Shown in pieces: positions 28,286 to 37,024 of a stretch of DNA of 64,000 nucleotides (position 1 is its first letter; each line of letters opens with the position of its first letter). The translations under genes were made by a program, and so were the position numbers. The DNA comes from a virus. Taxonomy: Duplodnaviria; Heunggongvirae; Uroviricota; Caudoviricetes. The notes under the pieces are model-generated. The model saw only the letters and a program-made list of their open reading frames with translations, was not told the DNA's origin and did not search any database. The DNA is taken from the IMG/VR virus record IMGVR_UViG_3300031758_000005. One strand, 5' to 3'.

Positions 28286-29509
28286 ATGGCTACACAAATA
28301 TCAAGTTTAACAACACTAGTTAATGGCGTAAACAGTTATGATTGTTTTTTGCCATTGGTTGATCCAACATTAGCATTAGATTCTCGTAATGTTAAAATTA
28401 GAATAAGTACCCACAATGAAATGTTCAGCAACAACTTTGCTGTAGCTAGTTTGAGCAGTTATGCAAACTATTTTGGAACAGGCAAAGATGGTAGCTTAAC
28501 CATAAGCAGCAGTGCTCAAGTAAGCGCTTCATTGAATAATATTAGTCGTGAATTTGGCGACCCAGTTATAAAAAACTTTCAAAATTTAACCATCGGCAGT
28601 GGTATATTATTTAGTCCACTAAGAGCTTGTAGAGGTATGATAATATATTGCACAGGCGATTTAACGGTGAATGGTACCATAAGTATGACTGGTAAAGGTG
28701 GAGGCGTTGGTTCTAAAGTCGCGTCTCCTATTGGATTTGCTACAAGCACCGATTCAAGATATGATTTGGTGGATGGCACATTATATTTCAATAATTTTTC
28801 ATCAAGTACAGCGGGTGGTTATGGAATACCTACGCATTGGAATTGGGCGCCTAGTGGAAGTGTTTGGTTTAGGAATTATAAGATACGAGTGCCATTGAGC
28901 GGAAGTGTTGACGGTGGCAATGGTGCATCGACCGCTGCGGCTTCGGGTAATGCGGGATCAGCTGGTATATTTAGTTGTGGTGGCGGCGGTGGTGGTGGTT
29001 CCGGAGAATCGCAGTATGGTACTTTTGGATCAGGAGCTTCTGGAGGCAGAGGAACTATATTTTCTGGTGGTGGCGGTGGAGGAGGCGGCGGCGGTGGATG
29101 TTGTGGTGGCAATGTACCTGGTACATCTGGTATTCTTGAAAGAGGAGGAGCAGGGGGAGCTTCTCCTAACGGCCCAGCGGGTGGAGGAGCGGGAACTACA
29201 ACTACTGGTGGAAACGGTACATTAGGTGTTGGGGGATTATTAATATTAATTGTACGTGGAAATATAATAATTAATGGAACTATTAGTTCAAATGGAGCTA
29301 GTGGTGGAAACGGAGTACGTATTAGTAAAGGATCTGGTGGAGGAGGTGGAAGTGGCGGTGGTCGAATAATTATAACTTATGGCGGTACATACACTAATGC
29401 GGGTTCCGTTGTTGCAAATGGTGGATCAGGTGGTTCTGCCAGCTCTGGCGGTGGTCCAGGTGCGTCTGGTGGTGCTGGATCTATAACTACAAGAAAGATA
29501 CATATATGA
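28286..29509 (+). CDS. Glycine-rich fiber paralog 5
   Basis: Close paralog of 27038..28279. Confidence 0.65.
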   Translation: MATQISSLTTLVNGVNSYDCFLPLVDPTLALDSRNVKIRISTHNEMFSNNFAVASLSSYANYFGTGKDGSLTISSSAQVSASLNNISREFGDPVIKNFQNLTIGSGILFSPLRACRGMIIYCTGDLTVNGTISMTGKGGGVGSKVASPIGFATSTDSRYDLVDGTLYFNNFSSSTAGGYGIPTHWNWAPSGSVWFRNYKIRVPLSGSVDGGNGASTAAASGNAGSAGIFSCGGGGGGGSGESQYGTFGSGASGGRGTIFSGGGGGGGGGGGCCGGNVPGTSGILERGGAGGASPNGPAGGGAGTTTTGGNGTLGVGGLLILIVRGNIIINGTISSNGASGGNGVRISKGSGGGGGSGGGRIIITYGGTYTNAGSVVANGGSGGSASSGGGPGASGGAGSITTRKIHI

Positions 29510-29874
29510 GAGATAAAATTATAATATATAGCGTTCATGACAAAACGAGCAGAGAATTTGTTGCTGCATATGGTAACAGAAACGACGTTACTGTGTTGGA
29601 AGATGACGGATATAGTGTTCGAATAAAATATCCATACATTAGTGCTTTTCCAACTGTAATAATAAATACACCTTCATATACGGAGTCTTTTATTGTAGAT
29701 GAAGGTGGAGGCGGTGCATTTGTAAATTTAGATTCTATTGGAAATGAAACAATAGTGCCAGAAGATGTAGAATATATTAGATCTCCTAAAGATTGGAATG
29801 AAGTACAACAACGTATTGATTATTGGGAAAACAAAGTGCCCAATTGGAAACAAACTGATACTAGATATTTATGA
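29506..29874 (+). CDS. Hypothetical protein, copy A of a duplicated gene flanking the modification cassette
   Basis: N-terminus MRDKIIIYSVHDKTSREFVAAYGNRNDVTVLEDDG and C-terminus IDYWENKVPNWKQTDTRY are shared with 31140..31469. Confidence 0.5.
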   Translation: MRDKIIIYSVHDKTSREFVAAYGNRNDVTVLEDDGYSVRIKYPYISAFPTVIINTPSYTESFIVDEGGGGAFVNLDSIGNETIVPEDVEYIRSPKDWNEVQQRIDYWENKVPNWKQTDTRYL

Positions 29875-30545
29875 CAAGATATACCATTTTAGGCGAACGT
29901 AGATCAGGTACTAATTTTTTGCAACATTGTATAACTGACAACTTCAATTTACAATTAGATTGGTTAAAAGGATGGAAACATTTTTTTGGATGTAATGGTT
30001 ATGAAGATAAATTGAAGAATAACCAAGACGTAATATACTTGTGTATTGTTAGAAATCCAATTGATTATTTTGTATCATTTTATAATTCTAAATTGATGCA
30101 AAGTGAAGAACGTACAAAAGATATTGAAACGTTTTTATTATCAGAATTTTATTCAGTTTATAACTATAAAAACGGATTAATTGACGTATCAGACGACTAT
30201 AATTTTAAAAATAACAATAAGCGTTACAAAAACATATTTGAAATGCGATCCGTTAAATGTAAATATTTGTTAGATGATATGCCTAATTTAGTGAGTAAAT
30301 ATCATTTTATAAGATATGAAGATTTAAAACATAATACTAATACTGTATTGAATACAATTAGTGATAAATTTAATCTTATAAAAAAGAATGACAATTATTT
30401 AATAAATACAAATTATGTCGGTGTAAAAATTAATGGAGGTGTTATAACAGAAAATTATCAAGTTGAAGATAAAATAAAACAGATAATATATAACAATATA
30501 GATTTATCGACAGAACATAGAATGGGTTATTTGACCGATATATGA
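29871..30545 (+). CDS. Sulfotransferase-family protein (PAPS-dependent)
   Basis: The 5'-phosphosulfate-binding P-loop-like motif RRSGTNF resembles PKSGTTW. The 3'-phosphate-binding motif IVRNPIDYFVSFY resembles RNxKDxxVSxY of cytosolic sulfotransferases. Confidence 0.55.
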   Translation: MTRYTILGERRSGTNFLQHCITDNFNLQLDWLKGWKHFFGCNGYEDKLKNNQDVIYLCIVRNPIDYFVSFYNSKLMQSEERTKDIETFLLSEFYSVYNYKNGLIDVSDDYNFKNNNKRYKNIFEMRSVKCKYLLDDMPNLVSKYHFIRYEDLKHNTNTVLNTISDKFNLIKKNDNYLINTNYVGVKINGGVITENYQVEDKIKQIIYNNIDLSTEHRMGYLTDI

Positions 30546-31105
30546 AATTATACTCATATGATATAACTGAATTTAATTTTAAAGAGCAATTACAAACTGT
30601 TTTGAACGTGTCTAATTTAGATGATTTGGGGGAAAACAAAGATAAAGAGAAACTGTATTCTGAGTATATTTTGGGTAAACAGTTTTTAGATATGTATGTA
30701 CAGTTTATAAAAAAATATGTTAGAAATTTGTACGATGACGTTATAGCATATCAAACTAAACCAGTATGTAGATTGGTATATAAAAATAAATTAAATATGC
30801 ATAAACTTCATAAAGACAAGTGGTATAGAAGAAATACTATTTATAGTGATATGCAGATAGATAATATTTTTTTACCATTTACAAATGCTTTTGATACAAA
30901 CACAATTTGGACTGAATCAGTTGAAGACAGTCACGATTTTTTTCCGATAAATTGTGATTACGGACAATTTGTACACTGGGATGGTTGCAATTTACTTCAC
31001 GGTAATAAATTTAATAATACTAACAAAACAAGACTGAGTATAGATTTTAGAGTTTATAAATACAAAAATTTATTACACCCAGAGTATTCTTTATTGAATT
31101 TTTAG
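30542..31105 (+). CDS. 2OG-Fe(II) oxygenase-like protein (PhyH-like)
   Basis: HKD (HxD) around aa 89, distal His in LLHGN about 64 aa later, followed by TRLSIDFR (R-x-S 2OG-binding motif). Confidence 0.45.
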   Translation: MKLYSYDITEFNFKEQLQTVLNVSNLDDLGENKDKEKLYSEYILGKQFLDMYVQFIKKYVRNLYDDVIAYQTKPVCRLVYKNKLNMHKLHKDKWYRRNTIYSDMQIDNIFLPFTNAFDTNTIWTESVEDSHDFFPINCDYGQFVHWDGCNLLHGNKFNNTNKTRLSIDFRVYKYKNLLHPEYSLLNF

Positions 31106-31139
31106 AAGAAAAACTATTTATTAGTTACACAAAGAGATT

Positions 31140-31469
31140 ATGAGAGATACAATTATAATACATAATATTCATGACAAAGCGAGTAGAGAATTTGTTGCTG
31201 CATATGGTAACAGAAATGATGTTACTGTATTGGAAGACGACGGACTAAATGTACGTTTAGCGTTTCCTTATATCAGCGCTTTTCCTACTGTTGTAATACC
31301 CACACCATCTTATGAAAATACAGATGAAAATGGAACAGTAACCCAAATCGAAGGATCTATAGAATATCTAAGAGCACCTGAAGATTGGAATACAGTACAA
31401 ACACGAATTGATTATTGGGAAAACAAAGTACCCAATTGGAAACAAACTGATAGTAGATACAAACAATAA
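31140..31469 (+). CDS. Hypothetical protein, copy B of the duplicated flanking gene
   Basis: Paralog of 29506..29874 with high nt identity over the first ~180 nt and the last ~60 nt. Confidence 0.5.
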   Translation: MRDTIIIHNIHDKASREFVAAYGNRNDVTVLEDDGLNVRLAFPYISAFPTVVIPTPSYENTDENGTVTQIEGSIEYLRAPEDWNTVQTRIDYWENKVPNWKQTDSRYKQ

Positions 31470-31474
31470 TTAAA

Positions 31475-31849
31475 ATGAATAATCAACCAACCGTAACTTG
31501 GAAAGTAACAAATTTAGATTGTTATCCTACATATCAACAAAACACCGATGTTGTATTTACAGTACATTGGGATTGTTTGGGGCAAATTGTTGTATCCACT
31601 GGCAGTTTGAGTGGATCTACATACAACAGTAGATTATATGGTACCACTGGTGTACAATACCACAGTGGATCTTCATTTATACCATACAATCAATTAACTC
31701 AAGATGATGTGCTTGGATGGACATTTGATAGTATGGGAACTGGCAGCAAGTATAATATTGAAAAAGGAGCTGTATCAAGTTTATACACTCAGATAAATCC
31801 ACCTGTAGTACAACCACCTTTGCCTTGGGTAACAACTGGTTCTATTTGA
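31475..31849 (+). CDS. Hypothetical protein (124 aa)
   Basis: ORF. Confidence 0.45.
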   Translation: MNNQPTVTWKVTNLDCYPTYQQNTDVVFTVHWDCLGQIVVSTGSLSGSTYNSRLYGTTGVQYHSGSSFIPYNQLTQDDVLGWTFDSMGTGSKYNIEKGAVSSLYTQINPPVVQPPLPWVTTGSI

Positions 31850-31897
31850 TTTATAATAAGTACTGTTGTGTAAATAAAAACTATATATTAAAAAGTT

Positions 31898-32077
31898 ATG
31901 GAAGAAAACAAACAAATAAATTTAGCTGATTTGACGCTCGTAGAATTAAAAGCAATATCTTATGATGAAATTGTCAAATTGAATTTGGCACAAAACAACT
32001 TAAGAGTTTTAAATCAAGAATTATATAACCGTCAACAAAAAGGCGTAGAAGGTGCTTCGCCAGTAAATCAAAATTAA
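31898..32077 (+). CDS. Small hypothetical protein (59 aa) absent from the ORF track because it is under 60 aa. Tandem paralog of 32087..32281.
   Basis: MEENKQINLADLTLVELKAISYDEIVKLNLAQNNLRVLNQELYNRQQ aligns with MEKKISDLTVIELKSLAYDELAKIELCQNNLRALNQEITNRLQ. Confidence 0.35.
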   Translation: MEENKQINLADLTLVELKAISYDEIVKLNLAQNNLRVLNQELYNRQQKGVEGASPVNQN

Positions 32078-32086
32078 AATAGTTTT

Positions 32087-32281
32087 ATGGAAAAAAAGAT
32101 ATCTGACTTAACCGTGATTGAATTAAAAAGTTTAGCATATGATGAATTGGCTAAAATTGAATTGTGCCAAAATAATCTTCGTGCATTGAATCAAGAAATT
32201 ACAAATAGATTGCAACCACAGTCAAATCAATTGAGTGGGAATTTTGATAGCCCCCCCACCGCTACAACCGAAACCGTTTAA
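32087..32281 (+). CDS. Small hypothetical protein (64 aa), last gene of the + block
   Basis: ORF. Its stop lies inside the palindrome CCGTTTAAACGG shared with the convergent gene. Confidence 0.4.
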   Translation: MEKKISDLTVIELKSLAYDELAKIELCQNNLRALNQEITNRLQPQSNQLSGNFDSPPTATTETV

Positions 32282-32541
32282 ACGGGATCACCATAGATAT
32301 TGAAGCCTTTGGGTGGTTGTGGTACCACTTCTTCTTCAATTGTCTTAATAGCATACAATTTGCTATCTAGTGGGGCTAGTCTATATTCACACTTGATCTT
32401 GGTTTCTTTGAAATAAGATTCAAGCGCTTCAGTGATACTTGGATGAATGATTTTACGGTTATCATTCACAAGAGTCCATCTATCGCCAGGTGGTACTCTA
32501 GTAGCAATCAATTCATTGTGTTCTGTAATTTTTGTAGCCAT
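32278..32541 (-). CDS. Hypothetical protein (87 aa), last gene of the − block
   Basis: ORF. Confidence 0.45.
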   Translation of the reverse strand: MATKITEHNELIATRVPPGDRWTLVNDNRKIIHPSITEALESYFKETKIKCEYRLAPLDSKLYAIKTIEEEVVPQPPKGFNIYGDPV

Positions 32542-32547
32542 AATATA

Positions 32548-32841
32548 TTATCGGGGTTTGACAAAGAATATTTTGTGCATTCCTGTCATATAAAAAGTAT
32601 TCAAATCCATATTCAACGCTTTACATTCCAATTCTCCCGGCCAAAATCCTTTCCAAGAAGCAAATTGTTTATCGTGGTTAGTACATTCACAACTTATTTT
32701 TTGACCACCACATTCACTACATCTTTCAATGTCACACTTTTTCTTGTGTATTTTACCCGCAACAACTTTGCAACTAAAACAATTGTCTAGTTCCACTTTC
32801 TGACACACTGGAGTTTGTTTCTTTTTCATAATTAACAACAA
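32548..32841 (-). CDS. Cys-rich small protein (putative zinc-binding)
   Basis: CQKVELDNCFSCK...CDIERCSECGGQKISCEC Cys cluster. Confidence 0.45.
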   Translation of the reverse strand: MLLIMKKKQTPVCQKVELDNCFSCKVVAGKIHKKKCDIERCSECGGQKISCECTNHDKQFASWKGFWPGELECKALNMDLNTFYMTGMHKIFFVKPR

Positions 32842-33044
32842 TGTCCTTTCTTGTCATCTGCAGTAAAATTATTTAGATTATAGTTACTTGAACGTATATC
32901 CCGCAATCCATACAATTCTCTGTACATATCATATACGATATGATCCAAATCTTTTACTGTCATTGGAATGCTTTTGGTTTTATCTACTTCTTGCATTTTC
33001 AAACAATGTTTTTTGATGATAGAATCAATTTGTTCTTTCATCAA
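32832..33044 (-). CDS. Hypothetical protein (70 aa)
   Basis: ORF with overlapping start/stop to its neighbours. Confidence 0.4.
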   Translation of the reverse strand: MMKEQIDSIIKKHCLKMQEVDKTKSIPMTVKDLDHIVYDMYRELYGLRDIRSSNYNLNNFTADDKKGHCC

Positions 33045-33286
33045 TTTTTAGTAGTGTTAATAATTTTACCGTCACAATTATAATAGGCTCTATAATAATT
33101 GGTATGCACAGTATATACACTGTTTGTTGAATTTTCAATCATACTATAAGTAATATAGTCGTTGTTAATTGCATGTACTCTACTACAGGGTGGTAGATTT
33201 TCTAATGCTCTATTATAACTATATCTTAGATACATTCCACTAGTACAACCAGTAGACAACAATGCAATAATCAATAAATTCTTCAT
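33041..33286 (-). CDS. Small putative lipoprotein
   Basis: N-terminus MKNLLIIALLSTGC carries a lipobox (LSTG-C). Confidence 0.5.
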   Translation of the reverse strand: MKNLLIIALLSTGCTSGMYLRYSYNRALENLPPCSRVHAINNDYITYSMIENSTNSVYTVHTNYYRAYYNCDGKIINTTKN

Positions 33287-33507
33287 TCTGTTAGCTCACG
33301 TTCTTCTACTGAATAATTATGACTTTCTTTGTACATATCACAATATTTCTGAGCATTTTCTTTTTTGAGATATACCTTCTCAATTGCCAGATCGTTTCCT
33401 CTATATGACATAATGAGGTATACCTTAAGTTTTGGTGGTTCTACTGTCATAGCAGTCAATAGAATTGCTGTTAGCCCCCCCACTATAATTTTATTAAAAC
33501 GATTCAT
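33283..33507 (-). CDS. Small protein with an N-terminal signal/anchor segment
   Basis: MNRFNKIIVGGLTAILLTAMT hydrophobic N-terminus. Confidence 0.45.
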   Translation of the reverse strand: MNRFNKIIVGGLTAILLTAMTVEPPKLKVYLIMSYRGNDLAIEKVYLKKENAQKYCDMYKESHNYSVEERELTE

Positions 33508-33712
33508 ACTTACTTAGTTTGTTTTTATAACGTTGAATTGTAATGTGATCTTCATCCATATGATTGTTAGCTTTAACGATTTCTTTACTGAATCGTTCCA
33601 CTTCATCACACAGATAACGAATGTCTTCACACAGTTTTGCATCAAGCAAATTATTGCAGTTGTAACTTGTGAACTGTCGTAGTCTACTAATTACTTCTTG
33701 GTTAGTCTTCAT
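33494..33712 (-). CDS. Hypothetical protein (72 aa)
   Basis: ORF. Confidence 0.4.
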   Translation of the reverse strand: MKTNQEVISRLRQFTSYNCNNLLDAKLCEDIRYLCDEVERFSKEIVKANNHMDEDHITIQRYKNKLSKYESF

Positions 33713-33893
33713 TGGTTCTGTAAATTACTTTATCAATGGTAATACCCTTCTTGGAAGATTTGGGTCCATATAAAGCACCCCATTGATTTCTGCTATTGAT
33801 ATAAGTCATTAAATCTTTTTTAATAACTTCCGCATCCAAATCATTGAAATTTGGTGGTAGATTAATTTTTAAATAATATTTTGGATCACTCAT
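33702..33893 (-). CDS. Hypothetical protein (63 aa)
   Basis: ORF. Confidence 0.4.
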   Translation of the reverse strand: MSDPKYYLKINLPPNFNDLDAEVIKKDLMTYINSRNQWGALYGPKSSKKGITIDKVIYRTNED

Positions 33894-33897
33894 AATT

Positions 33898-34095
33898 TTA
33901 CCAGTGATGAATAATGTTTGCGATAATGAAAGCGCATGTAATAAAGTTTACCAGAACAATGATAAATCTCAAGAAAAAACTAGCAAGAGCATAACTTACA
34001 GGCAATACAGGCACATCAGGCTTGCATTCATCTGTATGACCTACACGATGGTCAATAGTACGTGCTAGAGTTAAAAAAAACTTATTGGTTGTCAT
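33898..34095 (-). CDS. Small membrane protein
   Basis: Hydrophobic C-terminal segment FFLRFIIVLVNFITCAFIIANII. Confidence 0.4.
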   Translation of the reverse strand: MTTNKFFLTLARTIDHRVGHTDECKPDVPVLPVSYALASFFLRFIIVLVNFITCAFIIANIIHHW

Positions 34096-34173
34096 CTTTT
34101 GTTAAAATAAAAAATCCACTGATTATTAAAATTAATCCAATAAAACACAATACATAATATAGTGTATCAACAT

Positions 34174-34383
34174 TCATATAATGAGAAACCTTACAATTTG
34201 CAGATCACCATCAGCGTTCTTGGTTTCAAGAATTACATCAGGATTTGGACGATCACAGCTAAGATAAACCTTAGCATTAGGTATATTTAGTTCCTTAATC
34301 ATCTTCTTTTCCACTGCGTTTTTAACCCATTCAATAATTTCTGATGTTTTTACAATAGTCATATAATTTAATTTCCCATCCAA
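34174..34383 (-). CDS. Hypothetical protein (69 aa)
   Basis: ORF. Confidence 0.4.
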   Translation of the reverse strand: MDGKLNYMTIVKTSEIIEWVKNAVEKKMIKELNIPNAKVYLSCDRPNPDVILETKNADGDLQIVRFLII

Positions 34384-34571
34384 TTACTTACATTCTCTGG
34401 TCCATTTGATGTATGAATACCCAAATACTTTACCTTGGTCAAATCCATAGGCATCTTGATGCGTTTCCAATCCCATAGGGCTGGTAGATCACTATCATCA
34501 ACAGCTTCCCATTCAATTTCCAATACAATTTTAGCAGATTTAGTTTTATTATTCATAACTTTCACGGTCAA
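34368..34571 (-). CDS. Hypothetical protein (67 aa)
   Basis: ORF. Confidence 0.4.
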   Translation of the reverse strand: MTVKVMNNKTKSAKIVLEIEWEAVDDSDLPALWDWKRIKMPMDLTKVKYLGIHTSNGPENVSNWMGN

Positions 34572-35646
34572 TGTTTGTCACATACGGAAATCTGGGCAGT
34601 TCATCACCAGGTGTAAGATTAAAATATTTCACCGTAGCACTCTTTCCAATAAGTTTATTTTTATTCTTCAAGAGTTCTTTTAGATATTCCCGAGTGCCTT
34701 TGATATTACTATGGAACTCAATTCCCTTATGATTCTTGAATACCATATATCCAGCCATACCACTCTTGTTGCCTATTCCTTCAACAATATCAAGAATTTT
34801 GAATTCACTATCTTGAAATTCTTTACGCTTGAGTAGGTATTTACTGCGCTTGTTTTCATATGGCCCATCGGTACGAACCATCTGACCTTCGTAACCTTCG
34901 TCAATGTACTTTTCATACAACTCATTCAAATGTGTAATCGTGTCCACAAGGTGAGTCGGAACACGACGAACCACATTGTTATTAACAAGATAAGTAGTAA
35001 TGTCAGCATTACGATCACTAAAAGTCTTCTGTACAATCCAGTCATATACCCAATATTGAATATTCTTTGCACTCTCAGTCAAATCTTCTGGTGTAGGTTT
35101 GGTCTTCTTTACCAAACTACAAATAGCATTAAAATCATTGGCAAACTTATCCGCATACAACTCACCATCAAGAATTGCATTTGGGAATTTAACAAAGAAA
35201 TCCTTCAATGCTACCAATACGTGAGGAGCTGAAACAATAGGTTTACCATTACGACTCCACATACCATCTTTCTTTACAACACAACGAATGCCATCCAACT
35301 TGGGTTGACTATAAACAGGATACTTCAAATCATCCTTATAATCGTCATAGTTCTTTGCCAACATTGGCTCAGTAAAACTAACTCCATCAATATCCGTGAT
35401 TTTTTCAAAGTAACCACTTTCTTTCTTTTTCTTCCAAGTGGCTTTGGCTTCTTTTACAGCTTGATCTTCATTGGAAGTAGCATTCTTTTTGCCGGTATTT
35501 TTACCAACACAAAGAGTCCATTCTGTAATTTGAATAGCCCCATCAAGCTGACCATAATGGGTACGATACTTGTTGCCATCAACTTCGATGGTCCAAGTTT
35601 GAATAGCACCCGTATTTGTACGGGCGAATAACATAGGTAGTTTCAT
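34549..35646 (-). CDS. ATP-dependent DNA ligase
   Basis: Motif I KLDGIRC (lysine adenylation site with the Arg typical of DNA ligases), motif III LDGELY, motif IV EGQMVR, motif V KYLLKRK. Confidence 0.8.
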   Translation of the reverse strand: MKLPMLFARTNTGAIQTWTIEVDGNKYRTHYGQLDGAIQITEWTLCVGKNTGKKNATSNEDQAVKEAKATWKKKKESGYFEKITDIDGVSFTEPMLAKNYDDYKDDLKYPVYSQPKLDGIRCVVKKDGMWSRNGKPIVSAPHVLVALKDFFVKFPNAILDGELYADKFANDFNAICSLVKKTKPTPEDLTESAKNIQYWVYDWIVQKTFSDRNADITTYLVNNNVVRRVPTHLVDTITHLNELYEKYIDEGYEGQMVRTDGPYENKRSKYLLKRKEFQDSEFKILDIVEGIGNKSGMAGYMVFKNHKGIEFHSNIKGTREYLKELLKNKNKLIGKSATVKYFNLTPGDELPRFPYVTNIDRESYE

Positions 35647-35690
35647 ATCTTATATAATATTACCACGGTGCAATAAAAAAGTCAAGGAGA
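35647..35690 (-). promoter_or_regulatory. Conserved sigma70-like promoter, leaderless type, upstream of DNA ligase
   Basis: − strand reads CTTGACTT-N17-TAATAT-N10-ATG. Confidence 0.45.
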
Positions 35691-35708
35691 TTTTCATCGT
35701 CCTTGACT
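35672..35708 (-). terminator. Rho-independent terminator downstream of the DUF262 gene
   Basis: Stem AGTCAAGGA / TCCTTGACT, followed on the − strand by TTTTTTATT. Its arm overlaps the −35 of the ligase promoter. Confidence 0.55.
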
Positions 35709-35718
35709 TTGGTGTGGT

Positions 35719-36900
35719 TTAAGCAGAAACCGTGTTGATTTTTGTTTTATACTTATAAACTGCGGTTACGTTTTCGTCTGTCATTACCTTTGACTTGACC
35801 AAACCATTGGAAAGCAATTCATATCGCTTTTGACACTTTGGTGTTTCTCGTCCACGAAGCAATGCTGCATATGTCATTTTTTTGTCACCAACCTTATGAT
35901 CAGCTTCTGGATTCTTCTTTAGAAGAGCGTTGATTTCCACAAACTTATACATAAACGTCTTTACATCCTTGATCTGATTGCGATGACGGTGATAAAACAC
36001 GAACAAATCAAATACAGTTTGCTTACTTAGCTTCATACCGTCCTTGAATACATCTTCATTTGGAGCGACCCACGTATTGAAGAAGTTGTCTACATCATTT
36101 TTAAAAAGAGATGACTTGCTGTTTAGCTCAGATCCATCTTCGTATTCACTGCGAAGAATGCCATCACTAATATTCTTCTTGAATCCAAAACTATGAAAGA
36201 ATGCCATACCAGCAAATTGCGAGTCAATCTTACGACGGTTATAATCTTGTTCTGAAAAGATCGAAAGAATCCAACTACGTGTAGTGAAATCCCGATAATA
36301 TCTTTCGCCAAATTCACGACAAATCTTTGAAATTGGACTAATAATAGCATTACGCTTTTCAGCCGCGTTCAATTCACATCCACTATTTACAGCGATGAAA
36401 ATATCACTCAATTGTGAACGAGTTGCATTGGTATATACTTGAACTGTGATGGTACGAGTTAGAATGAAATCTTTAACTGATTCACTCAGATCCGCCCATC
36501 GTTGGTCACGCTTGATGGTAAACTTATTGTCCAGTTCATCTGAATATGTTCCAGCACGCAATTCAAGTTGATTTGTAAACAACAAACGCAACGTAGTAAA
36601 ACGGTTGTTACTATCCAAATTGAGATAGTTAGCTCCCTTGGAAAGCCAACCAGAGTAATAGTTGATATCTTCTGCCAACATTGCACTCTTTCTACATTCA
36701 GGAACGTCAGCAAAAATAAACTTGCTTGGAGCAATTCCCTTAAGCAAATTGTGGAGATAACTGCGTGACTTTGTTGCATCCCAACGAGCGGGACTCTGAA
36801 AACTATCGTCGATAAACACACTATCGAGAAACTTCTTTGCATTAGAAAGTTCCCAGTTTTCGGTTGTGGACTTAACCATCTTTTGATTGTTATTAATCAT
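35719..36900 (-). CDS. DUF262 / ParB-like nuclease-superfamily protein with a degenerate catalytic motif
   Basis: N-terminal SFQSPARWD...LHNLLKGIAPSKFIFA matches the DUF262 IPxFQR..W...LxxSLxxGxP pattern. LDSNNRFTTLRLL aligns with the DGQQRLTTL motif, here as DSNNR. Confidence 0.5.
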   Translation of the reverse strand: MINNNQKMVKSTTENWELSNAKKFLDSVFIDDSFQSPARWDATKSRSYLHNLLKGIAPSKFIFADVPECRKSAMLAEDINYYSGWLSKGANYLNLDSNNRFTTLRLLFTNQLELRAGTYSDELDNKFTIKRDQRWADLSESVKDFILTRTITVQVYTNATRSQLSDIFIAVNSGCELNAAEKRNAIISPISKICREFGERYYRDFTTRSWILSIFSEQDYNRRKIDSQFAGMAFFHSFGFKKNISDGILRSEYEDGSELNSKSSLFKNDVDNFFNTWVAPNEDVFKDGMKLSKQTVFDLFVFYHRHRNQIKDVKTFMYKFVEINALLKKNPEADHKVGDKKMTYAALLRGRETPKCQKRYELLSNGLVKSKVMTDENVTAVYKYKTKINTVSA

Positions 36901-37024
36901 ATTACTTTTTATTTTTTATACTGGAATTTTTGGTTATGACATAATTGTCTAATTAATAATTTTTATCTCAGACAGCGTAATTGCTTTTTGGATTCAAATT
37001 ATCAGTCGTGAACCAGTTACTCAC

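Noticed and set aside
1-31000. High density of N-x-S/T sequons in the fiber proteins
   Set aside because: This is a by-product of Asn/Ser/Thr-rich composition. N-glycosylation is not expected in a phage-bacterium system, so it is not treated as a signal.
36123-36842. ORFs 36123..36350 (−), 36486..36842 (−) and 36568..36768 (+)
   Set aside because: They are entirely nested within the 393-aa DUF262 gene in alternative frames. They are short, with low-complexity Cys/Leu-rich translations.
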